A stretch of 50,383 nucleotides of DNA from Candidatus Aminicenantes bacterium (GTDB taxonomy: Bacteria > Acidobacteriota > Aminicenantia > Aminicenantales > UBA4085): NCBI GenBank assembly GCA_026393865.1, contig JAPKZI010000233.1:1-50383 (forward strand). The letters are read 5' to 3'. Every line of letters begins with the position of its first letter. Position 1 is the stretch's first letter. The notes beneath the pieces were generated by a model. The model searched no databases. It saw only the letters and a list, made by a program, of their open reading frames with translations, and was not told the DNA's origin. The translations under genes and the position numbers were made by a program. Positions 17,870 through 27,112 of the stretch are shown piece by piece.

Positions 17870-18850
17870 TTATTTATCGGCCCCGAGCGGGTTGGGCTTG
17901 AGGATTTTGATAAAGCTCTTTTTCTTGAGATTGACGAGGAACTCGTTCAGTTTCAGGGCCTGTTTCTCGCCGAAGAGCCTGTTTTCGATCGTTTTTCGGG
18001 CCTCTTCGAACTCCAGCTGACGGCTGTCCTTCTTGTCCTCCGTCTTCATCAGATACCAGCCGTTTTTGGCCCTCACCCAGGGCGAGACCTCGCCCTTTTT
18101 CATTTTATCCAGCGCCTGCTGGAGCGTCGGATCAAGCTGGCCTTTCTTCATCGTCCCGAGATCGCCCTTGGACTCCTTGAGAGGCTCATCCGAAAACGTC
18201 CCGGAGATCTCCTCGAAATTCGCGCCGGCCTTGATCTTGTCCTCGATCTCTTTCTTCTTCGTCTCAAGCGCGGCCGCGTCCGCGTCGACGGCGCTAAGAT
18301 AAACCGCCCGGATCTTATACTCTTCGGGCTCGACGAACTCCGCCTTGTGCTTCTTGTAGAAATCGACGATCTCGGAGTCGTCCAGGACGATCGAGCGGTT
18401 CACTTCGGTGTCGACCACGATCCGCTGCATGATCATTTCCTCCAACTGCTTCAGCCAAGGATCCCATTCCAGCCCTTGGGCCTGAAGGGCCCGTTTCAGG
18501 TCGTCGTCGCTCGAAAGGTTGTTCTCCTTCTTGATGTTCTCGATCGTCGATTTCACCTGGTCGGCGACATTGTAGTTCTTCTCCTTGGCCATCTGGAGCA
18601 GGAGCATGTCGGTGATCATGGCGTCCATCAATCCGGGCTTGAGCGACTCCATGTATTTGTCGAGCTCCGCCCCCTGCAGCTGGGCCCGGGCCGTCTGAAC
18701 TCGTGAGTCATATTCGCGTTTGTAATGGGATAAGGTGATCACCTCGTCGTTGACGATGGCCACGATCTCCTCGACGACCTCCTGGGCCAGGCCGAGGGCG
18801 GCGGCCATGCCGAGAGCGGCCAACAACAGCCTCGTTCTTTTTTTGATCAT
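17870..18850 (-). CDS. SurA-like chaperone / parvulin peptidyl-prolyl isomerase
   Basis: Signal peptide, IVAIVNDEVIT (SurA_N), rotamase domain FEEISGTFSD..KGDLG..GEVSP..GWYL. Confidence 0.85.
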   Translation of the reverse strand: MIKKRTRLLLAALGMAAALGLAQEVVEEIVAIVNDEVITLSHYKREYDSRVQTARAQLQGAELDKYMESLKPGLMDAMITDMLLLQMAKEKNYNVADQVKSTIENIKKENNLSSDDDLKRALQAQGLEWDPWLKQLEEMIMQRIVVDTEVNRSIVLDDSEIVDFYKKHKAEFVEPEEYKIRAVYLSAVDADAAALETKKKEIEDKIKAGANFEEISGTFSDEPLKESKGDLGTMKKGQLDPTLQQALDKMKKGEVSPWVRAKNGWYLMKTEDKKDSRQLEFEEARKTIENRLFGEKQALKLNEFLVNLKKKSFIKILKPNPLGADK

Positions 18851-19824
18851 GATTCGATCCTTTGGTATGTAAAGGGCAGATTTTCGGGGAGCGCCTTCCA
18901 GTCCATGGAGGCCTTCAGTTCTTCGAGGTGCGCGGCGATAGCCTCTTGGTTTTTCTCATCGGCGAGCTTGGTCCGGATGAACGGCGCGGCGTCGGCCGGA
19001 CCGACCAGGCGGGCTTCGAATTTCCTGTCCAGACGGAAAATGTGGAAGCCGTAGGTGGACTCGACGACCCGGCCGATCTCCCCCTCTTTCATGGGGAAGA
19101 TGACCTTCTCCAGCTCGGGCGGGAGCTGCCCGGCGCTGAACACGCCCATGACCCCGCCTTTCGACGCCTCCGGCCCGGTCGAGGCCGTCCGGGCCATAGC
19201 CCGGAACTCCTCTTCCGAGGCGTTCTTCAGCCGGTCCCGGACCTCGCTGGCCCGGCCCGCCGAGGCGAGCAGGATCTGGCTGACCTGGACCTTCTCCGGC
19301 ATCAGATAGTCACCCTTGTGCAGGCTGTAGTAAGCAGCGATCTCTTTGTCGTCGACCCGGAGATCCTTGACCAGAAGGAAGAGGTATTTCTCGACGAGAA
19401 GTCTTTCGGTCAGGACCGCCTGGTCCGTCATCAGCGATTTATTGTCCTCGGTCCCCATGGAGATCTCGAGCTTTTTCAGGTAGCTCGCCTTCTCGCCGTC
19501 GCTCAAGGCGACGCCTCCGGCCTGGGCGCGTTTGATGAAGAGACGCTCCTCGATGAAGCTGTCATAGAGCCGGCTCAGCACGGCCGCCGAAAGCGAAGCG
19601 CTGGAGTCGCCGGCGGCGAGACGGACGTATTTATCGAAATCCGCGTTGGTGAAGGTCGTTCCCTCAACCTCGAGGATGATGCGGCCCCGCTTCTGCGGAT
19701 CGGCCGACGGCGATGGATCCGCCCCGGCCCCGCCACCGTCCTTGCGGCAGCCCATGGAAAGGAGAAAAAAAAGTCCTGCCATCACGGCCACGAGCACTTT
19801 CCGGGCGTTCCGATCGTCTCTCAT
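18847..19824 (-). CDS. Parvulin-type peptidyl-prolyl isomerase lipoprotein (PrsA-like)
   Basis: Lipobox-like SMG-C; VQVSQIL, S.GPEASKGGVMG, VVESTYGFHIF; lies downstream of mfd. Confidence 0.85.
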   Translation of the reverse strand: MRDDRNARKVLVAVMAGLFFLLSMGCRKDGGGAGADPSPSADPQKRGRIILEVEGTTFTNADFDKYVRLAAGDSSASLSAAVLSRLYDSFIEERLFIKRAQAGGVALSDGEKASYLKKLEISMGTEDNKSLMTDQAVLTERLLVEKYLFLLVKDLRVDDKEIAAYYSLHKGDYLMPEKVQVSQILLASAGRASEVRDRLKNASEEEFRAMARTASTGPEASKGGVMGVFSAGQLPPELEKVIFPMKEGEIGRVVESTYGFHIFRLDRKFEARLVGPADAAPFIRTKLADEKNQEAIAAHLEELKASMDWKALPENLPFTYQRIES

Positions 19825-19856
19825 CTTTATGATTATCAATTCATTATACGATAATT

Positions 19857-22800
19857 CTATAACTCCTTCAAGACGGCGATCGTTTCACGGAGGAAATCCT
19901 CGTCCCGCTTGGCCTGAAGGGCCAGGCTCATCACGCCCTGGGGGGTCAGGGACCCGGCGTAGCGGTTGAGGAGCGCCGTCATCCGCCCGAGCTGGGCGGC
20001 CGTTGAAGGCAGGAATTTGAAGATGACCCGTCCATCCATCCGGTCAACTGCCTTGATTTTCAGGCGCTGGGCCAACAGCTTGATCCGGCCGTACTGGCAG
20101 AGGTTGCGCACGCTCCGCGGCGGGGGGCCGAAGCGGTCCTGGATCTCGTCTTCGACGGCTTGGATCTCCTCCAAAGCGTCCGCCGACGAGATCCGCTTGT
20201 AGAGGTTGAGCCGGAGATTCATTTGGGGCAGGTAGTCTTCCGGGATCTGGATGTCAACCTTGAGGTTGATTTCGCTCTTGACCTCCTCGACGATCTCGCC
20301 TTTGAGCTCGCGGATGGTCCGTTCGAGGAGGTGGACGAAATATTCGAAGCCGACGGCCTCCATCGTTCCGTGCTGTTCGGCGCCGAAGACATTGCCGGCG
20401 CCGCGGATCTCCAGGTCTTTCATGGCCAGTCGGAATCCGGAGCCGAGCTCGCTGAATTCTTTGAGCGCCTCAAGACGGCGTTTGGCCAGCGGCGTCAGCT
20501 CGTTGAAGGGGGGAACGAGAAAGTAGGCGAACGCCTGGCGGGACGAGCGGCCGACCCGGCCGCGGAGCTGGTACAGCTGGGCCAACCCGAAATGGTCCGC
20601 CCGGTGGACGATGAGCGTGTTGACCAGGGGGATGTCGATGCCGTTCTCGATGATCGTCGTCGAGACCATGACATTATAGGCCCGGTCGATGAAATCGATC
20701 ATCCGTTTTTCGAGCTCGAGGGGACGCATCTGGCCGTGAAGGGTCACCACCCGGGCCTGAGGGACCCATTTCTCGATGAGTCCGGCCATGTGCTCCATCT
20801 CCTCGATCTTGTTGAAGATATAATAGACCTGTCCGCCGCGCGCGAGCTCCTGCTTGACCGCGGTCGCGATCAGCTTCGGGCTGAACGTGGTCACGACCGT
20901 GTGGACGGCCAGCCGGTCCTTGGGCGGGGTCTCGATCAGGCTGATGTCGCGCAGTCCGGCCAGGGAAAAGTTGAGAGTCCGGGGGATGGGCGTCGCCGTC
21001 AGGGTCAGGACGTCGATGTGCGCCTTCATCTGCTTGATCTTCTCCTTGTGCTTGACGCCGAACCGCTGCTCCTCGTCGACGACGAGAAGCCCCAGGTCGA
21101 AGAATTCGACGTCCATGGAGAGGATCCGGTGGGTGCCGATGACGACGTCGACCAGCCCCTTTTTCACGTCCTCGACGATCTTCTGCTGTTCGGCTTTCGA
21201 CTGGAGCCGGGTGAGTTCCGCGACGCGGACGGGGAACAGAACAAAGCGGCTCGAGAACGTCTTCATGTGCTGGCTGGCCAGGACGGTGGTCGGGCAGAGG
21301 ACCGCGACCTGCTTCCCGTCCATGACCGCCTTGAACGCGGCGCGCATGGCGACCTCGGTCTTGCCGTAGCCCACGTCGCCGCAGAGCAGCCGGTCCATGG
21401 GGGAATCCGCTTCCATGTCGGCCTTGATCTCCCCGATGGAGCGGTGCTGATCTTCGGTCTCCTCGAATTCGAACGTCTTCTCGAACTCGGTCTGCCACTG
21501 CCCTTCGGGGCTGAAGCCGAAGCCCTTGAGGGCCTTGCGCCGGGCGTACAGTTCCAGCAGCTCCTTGGCCAGTTTTTCGACGGCTTTCTTCGTCCGCGTC
21601 TTGGTCTTCTGCCAGGTATTGGCGCCCAGTTTGTCGAGGGGAGGAAGAATCGCTCCGACCTGAGCGTATTTCTGGACCAAATTCAGGTCCTCGACGGGGA
21701 CGAAGAGCTTGTCCTCGTCGCGGTAATGGAGCTCCATGAACTCCCGCGGCCGTCCGTCCACGTCCATTCTGAGGAGCCCGTCGAACCGGCCGATCCCGTA
21801 GTCCGCGTGGACGATATAATCGCCGGCCCTGAGGTCCTGGAACTGGGTGAGCGAGGGCCGGACCGAGGGGCGGCTGACGACGACCTTCTCCTCGGTAATG
21901 ATGTCGGACTCGGCGAAGAACGAGATCTTCTCCCTCGGGAATCCGAAGCCCCGGCCGAGGTCGCCGACGACGAGGAGGATCTCCCCGCCCCGGGGCGCCT
22001 CGAGCGGCGAGTCCGCTTCGCGGCTTTCGATATCGTTCTGGGCGAGGAGTCCGGCGATCTTTTTCCGGACGGCCGGACTCGTCAGAAAAATATAACAGCG
22101 GTCTCGTTCCCGCTGAAGGCGGCGGACGTAATCGAGGAAGAAGGGGATCTTGTTGTCGAAGCGCGGGACGGACTGGAACGAGAAGTGGAACTCCGGCTCT
22201 ATCCCCCCCGATTCGAGAGCTTCCGAACGGACGGCCGTCTCCCGGATCTCCCGCCACAACGAATCGGGAGAGAGATCGATCCTTTCTTCCCCGGGCCGCG
22301 GATCGACCTGAGCCTCATCCCATTCCTTCTCGACGTCCTCCGCGTGATCGATGATGAAGACCGGGTCGTCGAGGTAGGCGGTAAAAGGCACGGACGAGAC
22401 GGCCGGACCCGCGCTTTCCAGGAGCGAGGGGATCAAGGCGCTGTCCAGACGGCGGAGGGATCGCTGCGTCGAGGGATCGAATTCCCGGATCGAGGCGATC
22501 TCGTCTCCGCTGAATTCGACGCGGTACGGCGCCTTCTGCCAGGGCGGGAAAACGTCCACGATCCCCCCTCGGCCGGCGTATTCGCCGCGGAATGAAATGA
22601 GGTCCTCGCGGACATAGCCGTATTCGTCCAAGGTCCGCAGGAAGCGGTCCCGCCCATGAAGGGCGCCCTTGTCCAACCTCAGGAAGAGCCCGGGGAGATC
22701 CGGGGGAGCGGGGAAAGGCCGGAGAAGGCCGAAGAGATTGGTTACGATGAGCGACGGCCGCCGGTGAAGGAGGTCATAAAAGAAGCGCATCCGGGACGAG

Positions 22801-23105
22801 ATCGCTTCGAGGGAAGGGGGCGCGTCCCGGGAGGGGCCCTCCGTCAAAGGAGGAAGGGCTTTGGCCCGCTTGGGAGACCGGAGCTGGGCCAGGAAAAACA
22901 GGCTCTGTTCTTCCATCCCGGTCAGGGACAATTCCGCGGGCTGGATGTAAACGATGGTTTTCGGGAGTGTCTGGGCCAACGTGGCCAGAAAAAAAGGCTT
23001 GGCCGCCGCGGCGAGGCCGGAGATGCGGAGGCCTCGGCTCTCCTTCTCCAGTTCCCGGACGAGCGCCTTGAACTCGGGAACGTCTTTGAGAAAGTCGAGG
23101 CTCAT
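19857..23105 (-). CDS. mfd: Transcription-repair coupling factor
   Basis: RGGIVDVF, CarD/TRCF RID (GDYIVH.DYGIGRF), GDVGYGKTE, DEEQRFG, TATPIPRT, QLRGRVGR, C-terminal TRCF domain. Confidence 0.97.
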   Translation of the reverse strand: MSLDFLKDVPEFKALVRELEKESRGLRISGLAAAAKPFFLATLAQTLPKTIVYIQPAELSLTGMEEQSLFFLAQLRSPKRAKALPPLTEGPSRDAPPSLEAISSRMRFFYDLLHRRPSLIVTNLFGLLRPFPAPPDLPGLFLRLDKGALHGRDRFLRTLDEYGYVREDLISFRGEYAGRGGIVDVFPPWQKAPYRVEFSGDEIASIREFDPSTQRSLRRLDSALIPSLLESAGPAVSSVPFTAYLDDPVFIIDHAEDVEKEWDEAQVDPRPGEERIDLSPDSLWREIRETAVRSEALESGGIEPEFHFSFQSVPRFDNKIPFFLDYVRRLQRERDRCYIFLTSPAVRKKIAGLLAQNDIESREADSPLEAPRGGEILLVVGDLGRGFGFPREKISFFAESDIITEEKVVVSRPSVRPSLTQFQDLRAGDYIVHADYGIGRFDGLLRMDVDGRPREFMELHYRDEDKLFVPVEDLNLVQKYAQVGAILPPLDKLGANTWQKTKTRTKKAVEKLAKELLELYARRKALKGFGFSPEGQWQTEFEKTFEFEETEDQHRSIGEIKADMEADSPMDRLLCGDVGYGKTEVAMRAAFKAVMDGKQVAVLCPTTVLASQHMKTFSSRFVLFPVRVAELTRLQSKAEQQKIVEDVKKGLVDVVIGTHRILSMDVEFFDLGLLVVDEEQRFGVKHKEKIKQMKAHIDVLTLTATPIPRTLNFSLAGLRDISLIETPPKDRLAVHTVVTTFSPKLIATAVKQELARGGQVYYIFNKIEEMEHMAGLIEKWVPQARVVTLHGQMRPLELEKRMIDFIDRAYNVMVSTTIIENGIDIPLVNTLIVHRADHFGLAQLYQLRGRVGRSSRQAFAYFLVPPFNELTPLAKRRLEALKEFSELGSGFRLAMKDLEIRGAGNVFGAEQHGTMEAVGFEYFVHLLERTIRELKGEIVEEVKSEINLKVDIQIPEDYLPQMNLRLNLYKRISSADALEEIQAVEDEIQDRFGPPPRSVRNLCQYGRIKLLAQRLKIKAVDRMDGRVIFKFLPSTAAQLGRMTALLNRYAGSLTPQGVMSLALQAKRDEDFLRETIAVLKEL

Positions 23106-23216
23106 GGGACCAACGTCCCATTATACTAAAAATTCGCGGGCACTTTCCGAATTCCAGGCGGAGGCACGACGAAAGGGGGCTCTTTCCGGATTTGTTATGT
23201 GTCCGAAATGCTCCGG

Positions 23217-23747
23217 TCAGAAGATGATGCCGGCGCCGAGTTCGATCCCTCCGACGTCGAACTGGAAATCCGCCGGTTTCATCTTGCAGGACGAATAGGC
23301 GACATGGACGTCGATGCCGAAGCCCTTGGCCAGATAGAGCGTCAGCCCGGCTTTCCCGACGAATCCGACGCCGTTCCCGCTCACCTCGCCGATTTCGTTC
23401 GATTCATTAAAGAGATTATATCTGGCCCCGGCGCCGATATAGGGCTCGATCTTCCCCGTCAGGAACCTGTAGCGCAGCCCCGCTCCGATCGGGATGAGGG
23501 TCAGCTTGGTTTCCTCTTTGGAGTAGGACAAACTTCCCGTTTTGGCGTAATAACCGCCGTCCAGCCAGAGGTCCAGCCCCTTGAAGAGGTTGAACGCAAT
23601 TTCCGCACCGTACTTCCAGCCCCCTCCGTAAATGGATTTGAAATCCTTATCCGACGGCGAAAAATAGATCGCTTTGAGGCCGACCGAGGCCGATGCCGCG
23701 ACGGAGATCAGGCCGGCCATCAGTCCGGCGATGATGATTTTTTTCAT
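23217..23747 (-). CDS. Small outer-membrane beta-barrel protein, paralog of the barrel in 4894-5763
   Basis: AAGGAG SD then ATG 23747; signal peptide; FSPSDKDFKSIYGGG, PYIGAG, terminal GIIF. Confidence 0.82.
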   Translation of the reverse strand: MKKIIIAGLMAGLISVAASASVGLKAIYFSPSDKDFKSIYGGGWKYGAEIAFNLFKGLDLWLDGGYYAKTGSLSYSKEETKLTLIPIGAGLRYRFLTGKIEPYIGAGARYNLFNESNEIGEVSGNGVGFVGKAGLTLYLAKGFGIDVHVAYSSCKMKPADFQFDVGGIELGAGIIF

Positions 23748-23770
23748 GGTTCTATCTCCTTCCCCGCCGC

Positions 23771-25594
23771 TCAATGGATCACAATGACGGCCGGATCGCC
23801 TTCCCGCGGCTCATTATTCACGGCGACGATGTGATAGGTGTATTCCTTGGCTCCGTCCACTCCCCGATGCCAGAGGGTGAAGGTATTCGCGTCGAGCGAG
23901 GCGACCTCCGTCCGCTGCCCGTTGTCGACCTGGTAGATCTTATAGCTTAAGATGTTCACGTTGTTGGGATTGGCCGCGAAGGTGATGATATTGATGTATT
24001 CGGCCTGGGAGAGGGAACGGTTCAGGACTTTTTCGCCCGCCGCCTCCGCCGGAGCATAGATGATCCGTTGGAAGACCGCCGCTATGGATTTGTCCCGGTC
24101 CAAGGTGATGTCGATCGGATTCTGCGAGCCCGTGGCACTTCCCGACCAGTTGAGGAACCGGTAATTCGCGTTCGGCAGGGCCGTGACCCGGACGATGGAA
24201 TCGGTGTTGTAAGTGTAAATCCCCGGAGCGGGATTAGTCGTCCCTCCCGAGCCGGCCGAGATCGTTAGCGTGTTCGTCCCCGCTTCCGAGCGATAATTGG
24301 AGATGACCGTTTTGATCTCACGAAGCGATCGGGCGTTGTCTCCGTCAGCGGCATTGCCGGTCGGCGTTCCTTTATAATTGACGCTGGGGTTCGAGAAATA
24401 TTCGACCTGGGTGGGAATGACTCCGCCGAAATCGTCCTTATAGGACATGATCGAACAGTACTTGTTGCCGTCGTTACCCACCCAGCGCCACCCGGCCGAA
24501 TAGGAGAAAAGTCCATTCCAAGTTTCACCTGGTTGACCTTTCCGGTGGCCGCAGCCCATGTTGTGACCCATTTCGTGGATCGTCGTGGTCGTCCAGCTGA
24601 TCTGCTGGATCCGGCCCACGCTAAAAGCATAAGCGGGAGATCCCGCCGGGTTCAAGAGCAAGTAGCCGAGGCCGCCGTAATCATCCGTTTTCGTGAGCAG
24701 ATGGACCAGATCCGCCCCATAGGTATTCCGCCACGTGTGGACCTGGTCCAGATAGCCGTCATTGGGATTTTGGAGGCGGGCCAGGTCCGTGTTGGAATTT
24801 CCTGTATCCGCATAATCGATGAGAGCGGAATAGACCAGCCGCATGGTGATGTCGGTGAGGCTGTTGTCCATGCCCAGTTGGGCCAATTGCATCGCCAGCG
24901 AGACGTAATTATTGATCCCGCTCGCGGCGTTGGCGTAATCACGGGCGGCCGGCGTGTAGGGGAGCATGACATCGATCCGGGTCTTGGCGGCCGCGGGCGG
25001 CGCGGCTCCCAAAGGCGGCAGGACAGGCCCGGATGGAGATGACGAAGGTGGAATGAGCGGAGGGCCGCCGGGGAGAGAGACCCGGGCGCCCGGCGCGAAT
25101 TCCTGGATGATGTGGGTTTGCCCGCCCTCCACGCAGGAGATCTCGTATTCCCGCCGCTCGGGCAGGACGAGAAGGCCGAGCGACCGGCCTTTGTCCGAAG
25201 AGAGGAGCAGATATCCATCCGAATCCTGGATCCGGGCCCGGACGGCCAGGACGCCGTTGACGTCGGTCTCAACACGGTCGATCGTCCCGAGAGCGGCGCC
25301 GTCCTCGAACGGCGAAATAAAGAGCCGGTCGCCGACGGCCACGCCTCCATCCTCCGAAAGCAGGGGATTGATCGCTACGGCCCGATAGCGCGAAGCCTGA
25401 GGAGCTATAGGCTCGGCTCCCGCCCGCTCGGCGCCGGCGGCCGTGAACAAGGGGATCCATTTCGGCCCGTCGCTTCCGGGCGGCCGGCCTTTGACCTGCA
25501 TGTTCGCGAAAGAGGCGAAGGCCAGTCCGGCAATCAGCAAGATCCCCAGCATCAGATAAATTCTCGTTTTCGGAAAAAACGACATTCTCGGCAT
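23771..25594 (-). CDS. Secreted reprolysin-like (M12B-type metzincin) metalloprotease + InlB B-repeat + C-terminal FN3-like domain
   Basis: Signal peptide; IDVMLPYTPAA, RNTYGADLV, HEMGHNMGCGH, Met-turn SIMSY, FSNP, DNARSL; NWSGSATG...LDRDKSIAAVF. Confidence 0.88.
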   Translation of the reverse strand: MPRMSFFPKTRIYLMLGILLIAGLAFASFANMQVKGRPPGSDGPKWIPLFTAAGAERAGAEPIAPQASRYRAVAINPLLSEDGGVAVGDRLFISPFEDGAALGTIDRVETDVNGVLAVRARIQDSDGYLLLSSDKGRSLGLLVLPERREYEISCVEGGQTHIIQEFAPGARVSLPGGPPLIPPSSSPSGPVLPPLGAAPPAAAKTRIDVMLPYTPAARDYANAASGINNYVSLAMQLAQLGMDNSLTDITMRLVYSALIDYADTGNSNTDLARLQNPNDGYLDQVHTWRNTYGADLVHLLTKTDDYGGLGYLLLNPAGSPAYAFSVGRIQQISWTTTTIHEMGHNMGCGHRKGQPGETWNGLFSYSAGWRWVGNDGNKYCSIMSYKDDFGGVIPTQVEYFSNPSVNYKGTPTGNAADGDNARSLREIKTVISNYRSEAGTNTLTISAGSGGTTNPAPGIYTYNTDSIVRVTALPNANYRFLNWSGSATGSQNPIDITLDRDKSIAAVFQRIIYAPAEAAGEKVLNRSLSQAEYINIITFAANPNNVNILSYKIYQVDNGQRTEVASLDANTFTLWHRGVDGAKEYTYHIVAVNNEPREGDPAVIVIH

Positions 25595-25813
25595 GAGCGT
25601 TCTCCCTTCTTTTTGTTTTATTAACACAATTTAAAAGCAAATGCAAAAAAAACCGGCGGCGCGGGTCCGGGACCGACTCCAGGGCCTCACTCGATCCGAT
25701 AAAGGACATAGGCATAATTTCGTTTTGGTGTCCCATTGCCAAAACAAAATCCGCTCATTATAATGGACGCCGGGCTTTGGACTGAAGCCGAATCCTGGCA
25801 AAAGGAGACCTCC

Positions 25814-26473
25814 ATGACTAAAAAAACATCTCCATCCGATCTGGGATTTCTGATCGTCTGCGGGTCGGCCTGGGGCCTGGCCGAGGCCGGGCTGGGGCTG
25901 GCCCTTGAAAGCTGCGCCAAGCTCGCCTCGGGTTCGATCATGACCGGCGTCGCCCTGTTTTTCATCGCCGCGGCCTGGGCCCGGACCCGGCGCGTCACCG
26001 GCCCGGCGCTCGTCGTCAGCCTGGCCTTGGTCTTCAAGCTCTTCGACGCGCTGCTGTTGGGACTTCCCATCAAGCACGGCGCCGTGGCCAATCCGATGTT
26101 CGCCTTCGTGACCGAAGGCCTGGCCCTGCTCATCATCGTTCCTTTCCTCGCCGACGCCTGGAAACGGAAGGCCGCCGGACAGGCCTTCCTGGGCGGGACC
26201 TCGGCCCTCCTCGCCGTCAACCTCTTTCCGCTGGTGAAATTCGCCACGGGCATCCCGGCCTGCGTCATTCCGGGCGGAACGACCGCCCTCTCGCTCACCT
26301 ATGCCCCTTTAGCCGTCGGCATCTCGTTGATCACCGTGCCCCTGGGCTTTCTCGTCGCGGCGAAATCGGCGGAGGGAGAATCCGCGGTTGGGCCGCACCT
26401 GGCCCGCTGGCTCGCTCCAACGGCCGCCGCGGTTCTCTGCCTGGCCGCTCAGGCCCTCCTCCGGCTGGCTTGA
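25814..26473 (+). CDS. Hypothetical ~6-TM membrane protein (possibly ECF S-component-like)
   Basis: AAGGAG SD; hydrophobic helices; GSAWGLAEAGLG motif. The family assignment is tentative. Confidence 0.6.
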   Translation: MTKKTSPSDLGFLIVCGSAWGLAEAGLGLALESCAKLASGSIMTGVALFFIAAAWARTRRVTGPALVVSLALVFKLFDALLLGLPIKHGAVANPMFAFVTEGLALLIIVPFLADAWKRKAAGQAFLGGTSALLAVNLFPLVKFATGIPACVIPGGTTALSLTYAPLAVGISLITVPLGFLVAAKSAEGESAVGPHLARWLAPTAAAVLCLAAQALLRLA

Positions 26474-26484
26474 GGTCGATCCCG

Positions 26485-27111
26485 ATGGACAGCGTGCCCA
26501 AGAAAAGAAAATCGGTCTCCCGGCGGGCCTTTATCCAGAGCGTAAGCGGCGGAGCGGTCGGCGCCGGCGTCGTCTCGCGTCTCCTCGGCAAGGAGCCGCG
26601 GCCGCGCCCCACCGGCCCGGGCGAGCTGGAGGTCTTCGAAAAGAAAAGGATCTCGTTCACCGTCAATGGACGGAAGGTCATCCTCGACGCGGAGCCGCGC
26701 GAAACGCTTCTCCAGGTGCTCCGCGAACGGCTGCGGCTGACCGGAGCCAAGCGCGTCTGCAACCGGGGCGAATGCGGAGGGTGCACGGTTCTCTTGAACG
26801 GCCGGACCGTCTACGCCTGCCATCTCCTGGCCGTGCAGGCCGACGGCGCGGATGTCCTCACCGTCGAAGGCCTGGCGAGCGGAGACAAGCTCCATCCCGT
26901 TCAGCAGGCCTTCATCGACAAAGACGGCTACCAGTGCGGATTCTGCACGCCGGGGTTCCTCCTGGCCTCGGTCGGGCTTTTGGCCAAGAACAAGCAGCCG
27001 ACGTTCGACGAGATCCGGGCGGGGCTGGCCGGCAACATCTGCCGCTGCGGTAACTACCAGAAGATCTACGCCGCCGTCGGGGCCGCCGCCGAGGTCCTGA
27101 GGAGGGGTTGA
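26485..27111 (+). CDS. Xanthine dehydrogenase-family 2x[2Fe-2S] subunit with Tat signal (PaoA/YagT-like)
   Basis: SRRAFIQ twin-arginine motif; CNRGECGGCTV...C; QCGFCTPG; NICRCG. Confidence 0.9.
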   Translation: MDSVPKKRKSVSRRAFIQSVSGGAVGAGVVSRLLGKEPRPRPTGPGELEVFEKKRISFTVNGRKVILDAEPRETLLQVLRERLRLTGAKRVCNRGECGGCTVLLNGRTVYACHLLAVQADGADVLTVEGLASGDKLHPVQQAFIDKDGYQCGFCTPGFLLASVGLLAKNKQPTFDEIRAGLAGNICRCGNYQKIYAAVGAAAEVLRRG

Positions 27112-27112
27112 G

